From NCBI GenBank assembly GCA_934096585.1, contig CAKOMG010000002.1, positions 199,770-263,769 of the forward strand: 64,000 bases of DNA, written 5' to 3'. The notes beneath the pieces are model-generated. The model was not told the origin of the DNA. It searched no databases and worked only from the letters and a program-made list of their open reading frames with translations. Within the stretch, counting starts at the first letter, position 1. Every line of letters begins with the position of its first letter. Shown in pieces: positions 10,494-21,033 of the stretch. The translations under genes were made by a program, and so were the position numbers. The stretch comes from an uncultured Bacilli bacterium (GTDB lineage Bacteria; Bacillota_I; Bacilli_A; ML615J-28; CAG-698).

Positions 10494-11411
10494 ATGAGTA
10501 ATCCAGTTGCAGAAGTAATATCTGCATTAACTTCACCAGTAACTTACTTAATTGATATAATAAGCAAGGGAATAGGTGTTTTATATGAACCACATAGAAT
10601 TAAAAAAGAAGCAGATGCAGTAGCATATAAAATTAATAAAATTAGTCAAGTGATTTCTGATAATGGAAATGAATCAATTGAATATAATGATAATAATTTA
10701 ATTATCAATAATTATGGCAGTCAATTATATAATAATACAATTGCAAGATTTGTACATTTAGAATTACAAAGAGAAATAAATATTGAGAAAATAGCTGACA
10801 AAGCATATGATATTTTGTTAGAAAAAACACAGCAGCTCACAGAAACTGTTTCACAAGATTGGATTTTCAAATTTATTACTTCTGCACAAGATATATCAGA
10901 AGAAACAATTCAGACATTATGGGCTAAAATATTAGCTAATGAAATATTAAAACCTAATAGTTTCTCATTAAGGACATTGAATGTTTTAAAAAATATGTCA
11001 AAAAATGACGCTTTACTGTTTGAAAAAATATGTTCTTGTATTATTAATAATGATTTTGTTCCTAATGAATTATCAATTTTAAAAAAATATGGAATTACTT
11101 ACAAGGATATTGTAAGTTTGGATGAATATGGATTAGTCAATTCATCTGGAACAGCTGTAACTAATTTTAATATTACTACAACTAATAAAATGTTATTTAA
11201 AAATGATTTATGGATTTGTGCCGCAAATAACCCTTCAAAAATATCGTTGCTTTGTTTTCCTTTAACGAATGTGGCAAAAGAGATAAAATCAATTATTAAT
11301 ATTGATATTAATGAAAAATTTTTGTTGGAATATGCACAAAAAATTAGGGATGATAATCCTAAATCCCAAATAGTATTATATAAAAAAGATGTAGAAACAA
11401 AATATCAATAA
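10494..11411 (+). CDS. hypothetical protein (W-x-K-I-L-A-N-E motif, weakly reminiscent of DUF2806-type proteins)
   Basis: GGAGG RBS. 14 nt after the helicase fragment. The family assignment is by memory only. Confidence 0.45.
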   Translation: MSNPVAEVISALTSPVTYLIDIISKGIGVLYEPHRIKKEADAVAYKINKISQVISDNGNESIEYNDNNLIINNYGSQLYNNTIARFVHLELQREINIEKIADKAYDILLEKTQQLTETVSQDWIFKFITSAQDISEETIQTLWAKILANEILKPNSFSLRTLNVLKNMSKNDALLFEKICSCIINNDFVPNELSILKKYGITYKDIVSLDEYGLVNSSGTAVTNFNITTTNKMLFKNDLWICAANNPSKISLLCFPLTNVAKEIKSIINIDINEKFLLEYAQKIRDDNPKSQIVLYKKDVETKYQ

Positions 11412-11462
11412 GAGAAAAAGGAAAATAAAAAATTTACAAAATTAAAAAAAAGGAGAAATTGT

Positions 11463-12296
11463 ATGTCAACAATACCAAAAAAATTTATAGAATCAATTGT
11501 TACGATAAGTGTTAACACAACAAGCAATCAAAAAACTTGTATAGGTACGGGATTTTTAATAGCATATTTAGTGGAAAATATTAATAATACAAAAAAATAT
11601 GGACTATTTTTAATAACAAATAAACATGTTTTGCAAAATCAGAAAAAAGTATTTATTGGATTTAATCAAATTAACGTGCCTTCATCATTTGAAGTACAAA
11701 TAGATTTAGAACAAAATGGACAATTATCATATTCAATGCATATGAATCCTGCTGTAGATATAGTGGCAATGAATATTAATGTGCTATTTTTGCAACAAAT
11801 GAATGCTCAATATCAATATTTTAGATTTGATGATGATGCTTTAAAGATTCAAGATATGCAGTCAAAGAATATTTTCGAAGGAGATATTATTTATTCATTG
11901 GGATACCCATTGAATTTGGTAAACACATCATCAAAAAATCCTATTTGCAGGTTAGGATGTGTTTCTAGAATTGCTGATTTATATATACCTAGTAATCCTG
12001 AAGTTAATTTTTTAGTTGATGCCCAATCATTTCCTGGAAATTCAGGAGGACCTATTATTTTAATAAAGGACGAGATTGCTTCTAATAATGAAAACAGAAC
12101 TAATTCTTATTTGATTGGCATTTTACATAAGAACATTTTATATCAAGATCAACTTATCAGTGCACGAATGGGAAATGCGCAATCTATTTTATCTGAAAAT
12201 AGCGGTCTAACAATGGTACATCCTGTTGATTTTATAGAAGAAGTAATTAAATTAGAAATTTTAAGAATTGGCATTAATAACATAACATCATGCTAA
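11463..12296 (+). CDS. cytoplasmic trypsin-like (S1/Trypsin_2) serine protease
   Basis: CIGTGFLI...TNKHV (His). DIVAM (Asp). FPGNSGGPII (GDSGGP-type Ser). No signal peptide. AGGAG RBS. Confidence 0.7.
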   Translation: MSTIPKKFIESIVTISVNTTSNQKTCIGTGFLIAYLVENINNTKKYGLFLITNKHVLQNQKKVFIGFNQINVPSSFEVQIDLEQNGQLSYSMHMNPAVDIVAMNINVLFLQQMNAQYQYFRFDDDALKIQDMQSKNIFEGDIIYSLGYPLNLVNTSSKNPICRLGCVSRIADLYIPSNPEVNFLVDAQSFPGNSGGPIILIKDEIASNNENRTNSYLIGILHKNILYQDQLISARMGNAQSILSENSGLTMVHPVDFIEEVIKLEILRIGINNITSC

Positions 12297-13852
12297 CAGA
12301 AGGAAATCATAAAGTGACAGAACTAGAAAAAAAACAATATGTTTTTAACGGCATAATTAATGAATTATTTGCAAGAATTTATAATTATAATTCCAATTTA
12401 TTGAGTAAATGTAATAAAGGTGATGAGTGTAATTATGATGAAGTATTTGATTTTTATATTACTTCTAATGCTATAAGCTTTTTAAAAAATGTATATTTAG
12501 GTTTTATTACATCTCAAACATTTTTTTTAAATATTAGGTGCATTATTGAAGGATTAGCAGTAAAAAAAGCATTTGAAAAAAATTATTTTACAATAACAAA
12601 TTTCAATTTGTTAAAAGTACAAGCTCCGATTATTGAGTACCATCAATATAAGGAATTTCAAAATATACTTGATGAATGCTTATTTAAACATAGAGTTTTA
12701 AAAGGATATAATGAAGCAAAAAATGTGTTTCAGCAATCATTGCCTAATCTAAGTAATAAGGAGTTTAACAAAGTTTTACGTTCTCAAATTCCATTTTCTG
12801 GCAATTCAAAAATGACTTATAAAAAAATAATTTATGATAATTTAGGAGAAGAAATGGCAGAAGCGTATGGCTTCTTAAGTACAATTGTTCATCCGAATTC
12901 AAATTATAAAAAAAATACATCAGATTTGCTTCAAGTAATTGTTTTAACAATAGAACGTTTAAGATTAGAGTATAATAAAAAAAAGCAAGGAACAATAGAT
13001 TTAAAGCAAATGGATACTTTTGTAAAGCTTTCTTCTGATGCTAAAGCTTTTGAAGAAATTATTAATGAAATATGTATAAATTTTAAAACTATAAGTGATT
13101 ATTTTGAAAAAAATTTTGGAGAAAATTATGTAAGTTTTACTTTTACTGATTTAAGCCATATTTATAAAGAAGTTTCGAGTGATTTAATATTTGGATTTGT
13201 TGAACAAGTTAAGTCAAAATATAAAGTCATTCTTGAACTATTGGCCAGCTTTCATTATGTATATATTGAAAGTGATCATGTTAATCAAGTTTTTCAATTA
13301 TTAAAATATAATGAATTTATTAATTCATCAAATAAGGACAGTAATATAAAATTTGATAAACAATTAAAACAAGGATATGAAGCTTATAAGGAAATTTATA
13401 AAAATGGAGTTAGTTATGATTTGTTTGTGAAAAAATTTAGTAATAAATTAGGATATACAATCAATGAAAATGGTGATGTAAAAACTTATAATGAATTGGT
13501 AAAGGATTTTTGTAACATATTTGATGTGCCTGATGATAGCATTTCACTTCCAAAAGTTCTTAAATTAAATTATGTTGAATCACAAATGTTATCTCATGCT
13601 AATGGTTACATGTGGTTTGCAAATTCAGGAGCATGGGGAGATGTAAATAACGTATTTGTAAATTTAAATATTATGTTAGCAAAAATTTGTTTCACAATGT
13701 ATATAATATTTAAAAACTATTATGATCAAAGTAATGAATATAAGTATAAAAAAATGGCTAATCTTTTGAAGAAGGCATATAAATATATAAATAATAGCCA
13801 ATTAATGATAATAGAAATTTTAAATAAAAGAAATGGGATAATAGCACAATAG
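12290..13852 (+). CDS. hypothetical 520-aa protein, translationally coupled to the protease gene
   Basis: ATG overlaps the protease stop (ATGCTAA). No recognisable motif. Confidence 0.55.
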   Translation: MLTEGNHKVTELEKKQYVFNGIINELFARIYNYNSNLLSKCNKGDECNYDEVFDFYITSNAISFLKNVYLGFITSQTFFLNIRCIIEGLAVKKAFEKNYFTITNFNLLKVQAPIIEYHQYKEFQNILDECLFKHRVLKGYNEAKNVFQQSLPNLSNKEFNKVLRSQIPFSGNSKMTYKKIIYDNLGEEMAEAYGFLSTIVHPNSNYKKNTSDLLQVIVLTIERLRLEYNKKKQGTIDLKQMDTFVKLSSDAKAFEEIINEICINFKTISDYFEKNFGENYVSFTFTDLSHIYKEVSSDLIFGFVEQVKSKYKVILELLASFHYVYIESDHVNQVFQLLKYNEFINSSNKDSNIKFDKQLKQGYEAYKEIYKNGVSYDLFVKKFSNKLGYTINENGDVKTYNELVKDFCNIFDVPDDSISLPKVLKLNYVESQMLSHANGYMWFANSGAWGDVNNVFVNLNIMLAKICFTMYIIFKNYYDQSNEYKYKKMANLLKKAYKYINNSQLMIIEILNKRNGIIAQ

Positions 13853-13884
13853 GAATGAATGTTTTCAAATTAAGGGATTAATTT

Positions 13885-14412
13885 ATGAATATAGAAACAA
13901 GAAAAGAAGAACATCAAATTATTAATAATTTGATTAATGAAATAAAATCATTAGATTTTAAAGCGGGGATATTAATGATAATAACTTCGTTATTTACAAT
14001 ATTTTCTTATAAATATATTGATGTTTTAAAAGACATAAAAATTAAAGAAATGGTTTATTCTGATTTATCAATAATTTATTTAATTTATAAGATATGTATA
14101 ATTACATTTGTTTCTTTAAATGTATTAGCATTATTAATGTTTTTAACTAGTTTATTAATAAGTGCAAGACATAGAAATAAAAATAGTTTAAGTAATTATA
14201 AGAATATACTTAGAATGAATACTTTTAATATTGATTGTGAAATAGGTAATTTAATTGATAATGATGAGGATTTAATTTTACAAATTAAAACTAAAGCATC
14301 AATTATTAAAAGAAAGAATTATTGGATAGGGTTAGGAATAATGATATTTGTTTTAATGTTTATTGTTTTTATTGGGTTAGGTGTATTAAGTTACATGAAT
14401 GTAGTTATGTGA
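13885..14412 (+). CDS. small integral membrane protein (about 3 TM helices)
   Basis: Hydrophobic segments ILMIITSLFTIF, IITFVSLNVLALLMFLTSLLI and IGLGIMIFVLMFIVFIGLGVL. Confidence 0.55.
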   Translation: MNIETRKEEHQIINNLINEIKSLDFKAGILMIITSLFTIFSYKYIDVLKDIKIKEMVYSDLSIIYLIYKICIITFVSLNVLALLMFLTSLLISARHRNKNSLSNYKNILRMNTFNIDCEIGNLIDNDEDLILQIKTKASIIKRKNYWIGLGIMIFVLMFIVFIGLGVLSYMNVVM

Positions 14413-14431
14413 AAAGAAAGAGAAGTGCGCA

Positions 14432-15388
14432 ATGGAAGAAGTAAAAGAGTATTTAAATAATGTATTAAGTACAAAAGAATTAAAGTATGGTGGTCCTAAA
14501 TATTTATATAAATATAGACCTTTTGATAAATATACATTTGATATGTTAGAAAACAATTATGTTTTTTTGTGTAAAGCTGCAGATTTAGATGATAAATCAG
14601 AATGTGATGTTTCAATAGATATAAGTTCATTAGTTGATAATGAAAAGGGTACATTAAAAAAAGAGTGTATAAATCAGATTTTAGAAATAGTTAAACCTTA
14701 TACTACTGAAGAAAATTTTAATAAATCAAGAAACACCATATTAGCTTGTGAAAATGCAAATGGAACTATTCAAGCTAATCAATTATTAGAAAGATATTTT
14801 GGGTTACAAGAATTATTTCCTGATAATGATATATCACCATTTATTAATTTTTTTGCTGATTTACCTAAACGAATAGAGAATTTAATGGATAACATAGATG
14901 CTGGAAAATTGATTAAATTAGCAGTAGATGCAAAACAATCAATAGGAATATGTTCGTTATCTGATTCTTCAAATATTGAAAAACAATGGGAACAATATGC
15001 GAATAATGAAACGGGATATTGTATAGAGTATGATGTAAGTGATTATAAGTTAAATAACAATTTATTTCCTGTAGTTTATGAGGATGATAGAAAGAATAAT
15101 ATCACTATGGTATTAGTTGCATTATTGGTTAATTCATTTATCAGAAAAATAAGCGCTAATCAAATAAAAACAGATATAACACAATACTTTCGTTTATTTT
15201 TAACTAAAAATACTATATGGGATTATCAAAGAGAATGGAGAATATTAGGCGATGCTAATTCAAAGGAAATTGCACCTAAAATTAAAACTATTTATTTAGG
15301 TAAAGAAGTGAGTAGTGAAAATGCAAAAAAAATGGAAGAGTATTGTTTGAAAAATAAAATAAAACTGGTAAATAGAAAGGATACTTAA
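14432..15388 (+). CDS. DUF2971-like protein
   Basis: N-terminal LYKYRPFDKYTFDMLENNYVFLCKAADLDDKSEC resembles the DUF2971 signature. Assigned from memory. Confidence 0.5.
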   Translation: MEEVKEYLNNVLSTKELKYGGPKYLYKYRPFDKYTFDMLENNYVFLCKAADLDDKSECDVSIDISSLVDNEKGTLKKECINQILEIVKPYTTEENFNKSRNTILACENANGTIQANQLLERYFGLQELFPDNDISPFINFFADLPKRIENLMDNIDAGKLIKLAVDAKQSIGICSLSDSSNIEKQWEQYANNETGYCIEYDVSDYKLNNNLFPVVYEDDRKNNITMVLVALLVNSFIRKISANQIKTDITQYFRLFLTKNTIWDYQREWRILGDANSKEIAPKIKTIYLGKEVSSENAKKMEEYCLKNKIKLVNRKDT

Positions 15389-15391
15389 TTA

Positions 15392-17131
15392 GTGAAGAGT
15401 AATAATTTAGAAAAAATATTACAAGATTTTATTGAAAATAATGAATATAAGTCTATTTTAATTAATGGTCCCTGGGGTTGTGGAAAAACCTATGAAGCTA
15501 ATAAATTCATTAAAGGACATAAAAATGATAAAAACAAAGTTTATTATATATCTTTATTTGGGTTAGAAAGTATTGATGAAATAAATACAGAATTATATTG
15601 CGCCACCCAAAAACATACAAATTTGGCTAAAAGAGTATTAAAAACAGGCTTTTTTGTATTAACAAAAGCTATAAAAGCAATACCACAAGTTTCTGATTTT
15701 ACAACGGCCCTTGATTATCAACTTTCTATCATTAATGATGGTTCAAAAAAGAAAAAAGAAATTAAAAAAACACTGCTAATTTTTGATGATTTAGAAAGAT
15801 TATCAAATAACATTTCTTATTCTGATTTGTTAGGGTATATGAATTCTTTATTTTTATCAAATTGTAGATTTGTTTGTTTAATGTCTTATGAGAATGTTAA
15901 TGAAAATAGGAAAAAAGATTTTGATGATTTTAAAGAAAAGGTATTCGACACGATTTACAATATAAATGAGTCAAATATAGATGTTCTTGACGAAATATTT
16001 TCAAATTTGAATTTTTCTTTAAATACTGACATTTATGAACTATTTGAAATGAATATACGATTTGCAAAGAAAACAAAATTATTTTATGACAGAATAGAAA
16101 AGCATATGGACACATCAAAAATTAATTTAGAAGATATAAGTTTAAATAAAGAATTATTAATAAAAGCATGTATATATACAATAAAAATATCACTAAAAAA
16201 CCATGAAATGGTTGATGGAGATCATAATAAAGATTATAAATTTTATAACGAGTATTTTGATAACGATATTGCCAATGGAATTATAAACATAATTAAAAAT
16301 GAAAAATATAAAAGCGATTTTTCAATTCCTAATTTTAAATTTTTGGTTATGTCACTTTTAAAAGTATTTATGCATGATGATTATACTATGTTTGATAGTT
16401 TAACTATTGATGAAAGTGATAATAAAACTGACTATATTTTGGACAAGACTTTCTTTTATTTATCTGATGAACATAAAATAGAATATATTAACGAATTTAA
16501 AAAGGCTTTAAATGATAAAGAATTTAAATGGAATGGTGGACTTGGAAGAATATTGGGTGCTATTTTAAATGATAGTGATGTTTCTTTTACTGATGAAGAA
16601 ATTGCTAGTATTGCTAGATATCTAGTTAGTGAAAAGCAAAATGGTAAAATAAATGTAAAATGGGAATTGAATATATATGACAATAACAATATAATTTCAA
16701 AATATGATGATTTAATTAAAAAAATAGAAAACAAAATTAATGAAATTAAAAAAATTGATTATGTTCAAAAGTTAAAGAGATATGTAAAAGAATCTAATTA
16801 TAATGAATTGTATAATTGTGTTAGTGAACTTGGTACATGTGATACTCCAGAAAAACAAGAGGCATTAAAATATATAGTTGATAACAATTTTTTGATTCCA
16901 GATATTTCAGGTGATATTGATGAAAATCTATGGTCTTATTGTCATTCAATGGCACGATTTGCTAAAGCTAATGATAAGTGCGATGAATTTATTAAATATG
17001 CAAAATCAGTTTGCAATAAAGCTAAGTCAATAAGCGAAATCGAAAGATTTTATGCATTAATCTATTACAATATTGATAGCAATTTTAAGAAGAATGATTT
17101 AAGCAATATGAAAAACGAATATAATAATTAA
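15392..17131 (+). CDS. KAP-family P-loop NTPase (soluble, no TM insert)
   Basis: ILINGPWGCGKTYEA (GxWGxGKT) and LLIFDDLERL. 4 nt after the upstream gene. Confidence 0.7.
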   Translation: MKSNNLEKILQDFIENNEYKSILINGPWGCGKTYEANKFIKGHKNDKNKVYYISLFGLESIDEINTELYCATQKHTNLAKRVLKTGFFVLTKAIKAIPQVSDFTTALDYQLSIINDGSKKKKEIKKTLLIFDDLERLSNNISYSDLLGYMNSLFLSNCRFVCLMSYENVNENRKKDFDDFKEKVFDTIYNINESNIDVLDEIFSNLNFSLNTDIYELFEMNIRFAKKTKLFYDRIEKHMDTSKINLEDISLNKELLIKACIYTIKISLKNHEMVDGDHNKDYKFYNEYFDNDIANGIINIIKNEKYKSDFSIPNFKFLVMSLLKVFMHDDYTMFDSLTIDESDNKTDYILDKTFFYLSDEHKIEYINEFKKALNDKEFKWNGGLGRILGAILNDSDVSFTDEEIASIARYLVSEKQNGKINVKWELNIYDNNNIISKYDDLIKKIENKINEIKKIDYVQKLKRYVKESNYNELYNCVSELGTCDTPEKQEALKYIVDNNFLIPDISGDIDENLWSYCHSMARFAKANDKCDEFIKYAKSVCNKAKSISEIERFYALIYYNIDSNFKKNDLSNMKNEYNN

Positions 17132-17825
17132 TGTTATTATAAAAGTAAAAAGTAAAGAATATTAAACGATAAGTGTTTTTTGATCAGAAGTTAAACAAAA
17201 ATTAAAATATTATGTTTATATATTAGTTGATAAAAAGAACATATTTTTGATATTATAAAGAAAAAAGTAATTAGAATTTTTAATTATGTAAAATGATAAA
17301 GCAATAATATGATTATAAATATGGAATAATAAGAGCAACAGCACATATTAATCAAATAGTTGTATTTTATTTGAGATTACTTAGAATTAGAGTGCTATTC
17401 TTTATATTTGAATTAAAAAAATTTATTATATTGTATTTAAAAAATTTTAAATATTAATATAATAGGTATTAATTTTTAAATTCAAATAATTATTTAAAAA
17501 TATGAAATTTATTTATAAGGATAATATAAAAAATGTATAAATATGTTCATAAGTTTTTATGCTTTTTTCAACTGTGGAAGAGGAAAAAAGAAAGCGAGTA
17601 AATGCTTGCTTTTTAGTGGTTACTATGATATACTATATTTAGTGAAAGGAGGTTTTTATATCTCTGTTTTTTGATTAGTTATAGAAATTCGTTAATGCTT
17701 AAAAGAGTAAAAAGACATTAAATCAAAATTGCTAAACATAGTAAACCATGTATATTTAAATTTATAAAAAATGTTAATAATAAGTAATTTATTATGTAAA
17801 TTTGTAGAAATGTTAATTACAAAGT

Positions 17826-17837
17826 GTTGATATAATT
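17826..17837 (+). promoter_or_regulatory. extended -10 promoter (TGTTGATATAAT) for the methyltransferase gene
   Basis: A TGnTATAAT-type element ~25 nt upstream of the ATG at 17863. Confidence 0.45.
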
Positions 17838-17862
17838 GAACATATTTCAGAGATTAATAATT

Positions 17863-19083
17863 ATGCTTAAACAATCAATAAATGTTCATTTAACTAGAAA
17901 AGAAATAATTAAAAGTGGTAGTGTTTATACAAGTCCTGAATTAGTTAACTTAGTATTTAATCAAGCACAAGAATTTATAGATGGAAATACAGTTATAGGC
18001 GATTTTGGATCTGGATACGGAGCCTTTATAGAAAAATTTAAAAATTATGGTAAAAGATGTTTCGGAACTGAATGTGATGATTTAGCTTATAATTTATTAA
18101 AAAATGTTTATTTCGATATAGATATTTATCATGAAAACTCATTATTAAATGTAAATAGGGAAAAGTATTCTATATTGGAGCAAGACAAATTGATGATTAT
18201 CGGAAATCCTCCTTATAACGATACAACTAGTATATTCAAAAAGGGCGAAAAAGGTGAATTGATTTGTGATTCTGATTTAAAATCAAGAGATTTTGGCTTA
18301 TCTTTCTTAAAGGCTTATAACAAGCTAAAAGCAGATTACATTTGTGTCTTGCATCCTTTATCATATTTAATAAAAAAGCAAAATTTTACTTCTTTAGGTG
18401 ATTTTAAAAATAACTATAAATTGATTTCAGGGACTATCTTTTCAAGTAAAGAATTTGAGAGTATAAAGAAAAATAATTCAGATTTTCCTGTCGTTTCTGC
18501 TATATATAAAAGAGATGAAAAAGGAATGGATTATGATTTTATAAGAAAATTTAAATTTAAAATTTATAGAGAAAAAGGCGAATTCATATTAAGCAAAGTT
18601 TTAACTATTGATGGTTTGGTTGGCAAATACCCAACATCACATAAAATGAATAATAACCAAAATGAATCTAACTTAACTAAGCAAGATCAAAATAAAAATG
18701 ATTTGATACATTGCTTGCAATTTTATACACTAAGAGATATGAACTCGTTATTAAGAAATACTGGTTTTGTTGAAGGAGTAATTCCTAATGGAATTGACGT
18801 AACTTTAGAAAACTTATACCAATATTCATGGCTTTATTTTTTGAAAATTAATTTTAATCCAACGATAAATAAGTTTTTATATGGTAATTTATCTCCACTT
18901 TATTCAAATAAGATGAATGATTCAAAATTCAAATCTGAAGTTGTATATTATGCTTATTATCATTGTGATTTAGTTAAAAAATATATGAATTTAGAAAAGA
19001 TAAAATCATTATATGGACCATCTCCTGATCAATATAGTGCAATCTTTGATGAACTAGAAAATATATATAGCTTGTTTGTGTAA
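17863..19083 (+). CDS. gamma-class N6-adenine DNA methyltransferase (M.TaqI-like)
   Basis: Motif I VIGDFGSGYGAF upstream of motif IV IIGNPPYN. The track ORF starts at a TTG inside the -10 box; the ATG at 17863 is the likely start. Confidence 0.7.
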   Translation: MLKQSINVHLTRKEIIKSGSVYTSPELVNLVFNQAQEFIDGNTVIGDFGSGYGAFIEKFKNYGKRCFGTECDDLAYNLLKNVYFDIDIYHENSLLNVNREKYSILEQDKLMIIGNPPYNDTTSIFKKGEKGELICDSDLKSRDFGLSFLKAYNKLKADYICVLHPLSYLIKKQNFTSLGDFKNNYKLISGTIFSSKEFESIKKNNSDFPVVSAIYKRDEKGMDYDFIRKFKFKIYREKGEFILSKVLTIDGLVGKYPTSHKMNNNQNESNLTKQDQNKNDLIHCLQFYTLRDMNSLLRNTGFVEGVIPNGIDVTLENLYQYSWLYFLKINFNPTINKFLYGNLSPLYSNKMNDSKFKSEVVYYAYYHCDLVKKYMNLEKIKSLYGPSPDQYSAIFDELENIYSLFV

Positions 19084-19185
19084 TTAAAAGAAAATTAATA
19101 TAATAATAATTTATTATTTCGTCTTGAATGATTCAGTTTAATTGTAATGACATTTTTGAACTTTAAAAAAATTGTGAAATAAAAA

Positions 19186-19226
19186 GCAATAACTATTGTG
19201 GGTTGTCCAATAATTATTGCTTTTTT
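19186..19226 (+). terminator. rho-independent terminator
   Basis: gcaataactattg-tgggttgtc-caataattattgc followed by TTTTTT. Confidence 0.6.
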
Positions 19227-19591
19227 AACGTGTTTTATTAGGCGTGTTATAATAAATAATGATATTAATGAATTAATTATTTTTTAATATACAATGCAAC
19301 TTAATAAACAGGATTAGTTTAAAAAAATGTACATTAATAATATTTTAATTATGTCATAATATTATGAATTATATAGTTCTTTTGTCATGTTTATATTTTT
19401 TTTAAATAAAGTATTATTCATATTTAGCACTTAACTTTTCATGTATTATAGTGAATTCATGTTGTTAAGATATTAATATAAATTTTTTTCCTACAAATAT
19501 TGTCTATACTGATTTTATTGTCTCTATTAAAATTTATTGCAAAATAAAGTTTTTAAAAAATTAATTTTGCAAGGACATTTGTTAGAGCATT

Positions 19592-20365
19592 TTAATTTTG
19601 TGCAAAAGCATTTTTAATTATTACACTTAAAATTTCTAAAATATCATGTTTATGTGTTGATGAACACATTCCAAAACAAATAAATAAATCAAAAATAATA
19701 GATTTCATAGAAACATCAAAGGTTAGAATTCCATATGGTGTTTTTGCTGCAGTATTATTAATAATATTAGCACTATTATCAAATGCATCAACTGGAATAA
19801 TTAAATATAACATTGGTTGAACTCCTGTTGCGTATTGTTGCTTTTGTATCATGATTTCTATCAGCAGTTTTGAGTCATTAGGCTTAGTAATAAATGTAGG
19901 TAATTTAGTTGAAGAAGATAAAAATTCTATATTGTTTATTAGTAATGGGGCTTCTTTTTTAACTTCGATAGAATATTGATCTTGTAAAAAAGTGTTATTA
20001 TTATGTATTTGATTATAAATATTAGATATTTCTTGCTCTGAAATAATATTATTTTTACACATAAAATAAGTGATTTCTGATAATTCATAAGGGTGCTTTC
20101 TTTTTTTATTTGCTCCGATAAAAACAAAATTGTCAGTGTTAAGCTGTGTATTTTTTTCATCATTTCCAATTATAGTGTCGTAACCTATCTGCCATTCTAA
20201 ATAAGATTTTTTTGAAATAATATTTGATTTTGGTGCAAAGCCACTACCAAAAGATTGAATGTCATCTCTTGTTTTGCATCTGAATTTTCCTTGGCTTGTT
20301 AAAGGTAAGTTAACGGTTAGTGTATTATCGTTATTATCATAAAACATTTCAGCTAATTTTCTCAT
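19592..20365 (-). CDS. hypothetical protein; candidate cognate restriction endonuclease (convergent with the MTase)
   Basis: 257-aa ORF with an RBS (aggaggaact) before the ATG. No clear nuclease motif. The call is contextual only. Confidence 0.35.
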   Translation of the reverse strand: MRKLAEMFYDNNDNTLTVNLPLTSQGKFRCKTRDDIQSFGSGFAPKSNIISKKSYLEWQIGYDTIIGNDEKNTQLNTDNFVFIGANKKRKHPYELSEITYFMCKNNIISEQEISNIYNQIHNNNTFLQDQYSIEVKKEAPLLINNIEFLSSSTKLPTFITKPNDSKLLIEIMIQKQQYATGVQPMLYLIIPVDAFDNSANIINNTAAKTPYGILTFDVSMKSIIFDLFICFGMCSSTHKHDILEILSVIIKNAFAQN

Positions 20366-21033
20366 TTTATAGTTCCTCCTATTATAAAGCTTTTATTAAA
20401 AATAATTCTTATGTTATATGTGTATTGATATTTTTATAAAAAATTTTAATTATAAATTTTTGCATTGCTTTAAATGAATCTTGCTTTCTGCAATATTTTA
20501 TTGTATTTAGAACGCTCATTAATAGATCAATTCTCATCTTTGCTTTAAATTTTTAAGTTTTTATAACTTGTATATAAGCTTTTTATATGTAATGAGAGTA
20601 ATTGTTTTTGCATTTAGATATTACTTAAAATCATTAAATTAATTGATGCTTTTAAAAAATTAAACTATTTCTTCGAATTTTTAAATATCGCAAATTTATT
20701 ATTAATGATATAAATTTAGTAAATGATTTAATTTATAATTATTTTTTGAAAGATATGTAATATTTTTTATAAAACTTTTAATTATATATTAACTTTCGAT
20801 TAATTATAACATTTTTTTATCAAAAATACTATTTGAGCATAATAATTATTATATGAAAGCGTTTCATCATTACTTAATAATTAAAAATATATTTTTAAAA
20901 AATAGAAAAAAGAAAGCTGTTTCGTATAAATATGTTATATTTTCAGCAGATAATAAATTTTTAAATTGTAATTTTCTTTCATATAATTATGTTAAAATAT
21001 ATAAATAGAATAAATATAGAAAGGAAATTAAAT

